The translations under genes and the position numbers were made by a program. From positions 1-57,924 of the forward strand of contig JAHQWW010000011.1 in assembly GCA_029856365.1 (NCBI GenBank): 57,924 nucleotides of DNA. The letters run 5' to 3'. Positions 57,548 to 57,924 of this stretch are shown here, one piece after another. The notes beneath the pieces were generated by a model. The model was given only the letters and a program-made list of their open reading frames with translations, did no database searches and was not told the origin of the DNA. The stretch comes from Candidatus Hodarchaeota archaeon. Lineage in GTDB: Archaea; Asgardarchaeota; Heimdallarchaeia; Hodarchaeales; Hodarchaeaceae. The number at the start of each line of letters is the position of its first letter. Position 1 is the stretch's first letter.

Positions 57548-57924
57548 ATGACTGGAGATAAACCACCAATTGCAGTTATTAAACCACGAAAATTTACAGT
57601 TCATGGTGAAGAACTCGTTGATAATTATTCATGGTTAAGAGACGATACAAGGAAAGATCCAGAGGTAATCTCATATCTAGAAGCAGAAAATGAATATACT
57701 AAAACAAAAACAAAACATCTAGATAATTTTGTTGATGAATTATTTAATGAAATGAAGAACAGAATTAAAGAAGATGATGAAAGTGTTCCTTACAAGTTCA
57801 AAGATTATTATTATTACAATAGGGATGTGAAAAGTAAGGAGTATAAAATCTACTGTCGCAAGCATCTAAATCTAGAAAATGAAGAAGAAATACTTCTTGA
57901 TTTAAACAAAATGGCTGAAGGACT
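57548..57924 (+). CDS. ptrB: Oligopeptidase B (S9A), 5' part, truncated by the window end and absent from the ORF track
   Basis: MTGDKPPIA..HGEELVDNYSWLRD..DPEVISYLEAENEYT..LFNEMKNRIKEDDESVP..YYYY.R..EYKIYCR..EILLDLN; the frame is open to the end. Confidence 0.9.
   Translation, partial: MTGDKPPIAVIKPRKFTVHGEELVDNYSWLRDDTRKDPEVISYLEAENEYTKTKTKHLDNFVDELFNEMKNRIKEDDESVPYKFKDYYYYNRDVKSKEYKIYCRKHLNLENEEEILLDLNKMAEG

Noticed and set aside
1-57924. tRNA, rRNA, transposase, integrase or provirus
   Set aside because: I saw no cloverleaf-like GC-rich segments and no DDE, tyrosine-recombinase or viral hallmark proteins. This was read by eye, so tRNAscan-SE and Infernal should confirm it.

Overview
An AT-rich (roughly one-third GC by eye), gene-dense archaeal window. 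Archaeal hallmarks are TATA-box promoters, GGTGA/GAGG ribosome-binding sites, a class III signal-peptide pilin and a geranylgeranyl reductase. Six secreted proteins end in a (T/S/I)P(G/F/Y)-TM-polyLys tail. Together these point to an Asgard archaeon, probably Heimdallarchaeia (inference only; no marker gene is present). There are about 55 CDS, mostly peptidases and hydrolases (C25 gingipain-like, M14, M20, two S9, S12, Ntn, CPBP), transporters and surface proteins. Other genes include an orphan N6-adenine DNA methyltransferase and a gntK/gntE-like/gnd sugar-acid operon. I found no rRNA, tRNA, CRISPR array or transposase. The best candidate for an undescribed system is the minus-strand block at 21.0-27.7 kb. 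It holds a membrane-tethered double winged-helix regulator, a glycosylated surface protein built from two tandem domains that each end in a C-x-T-x-H-F-S-x-W motif (like GAIN/GPS, ZU5/PIDD and Nup98 self-cleavage sites), a radical SAM enzyme, a CPBP intramembrane protease, and a polytopic membrane protein with an AbrB-like tail. Also visible in the DNA are two operator systems, a doubly disrupted NUDIX gene, a decayed acyltransferase copy, several inverted and direct repeats, and small ORFs missing from the ORF track. All protein assignments come from motif recognition, not database searches.
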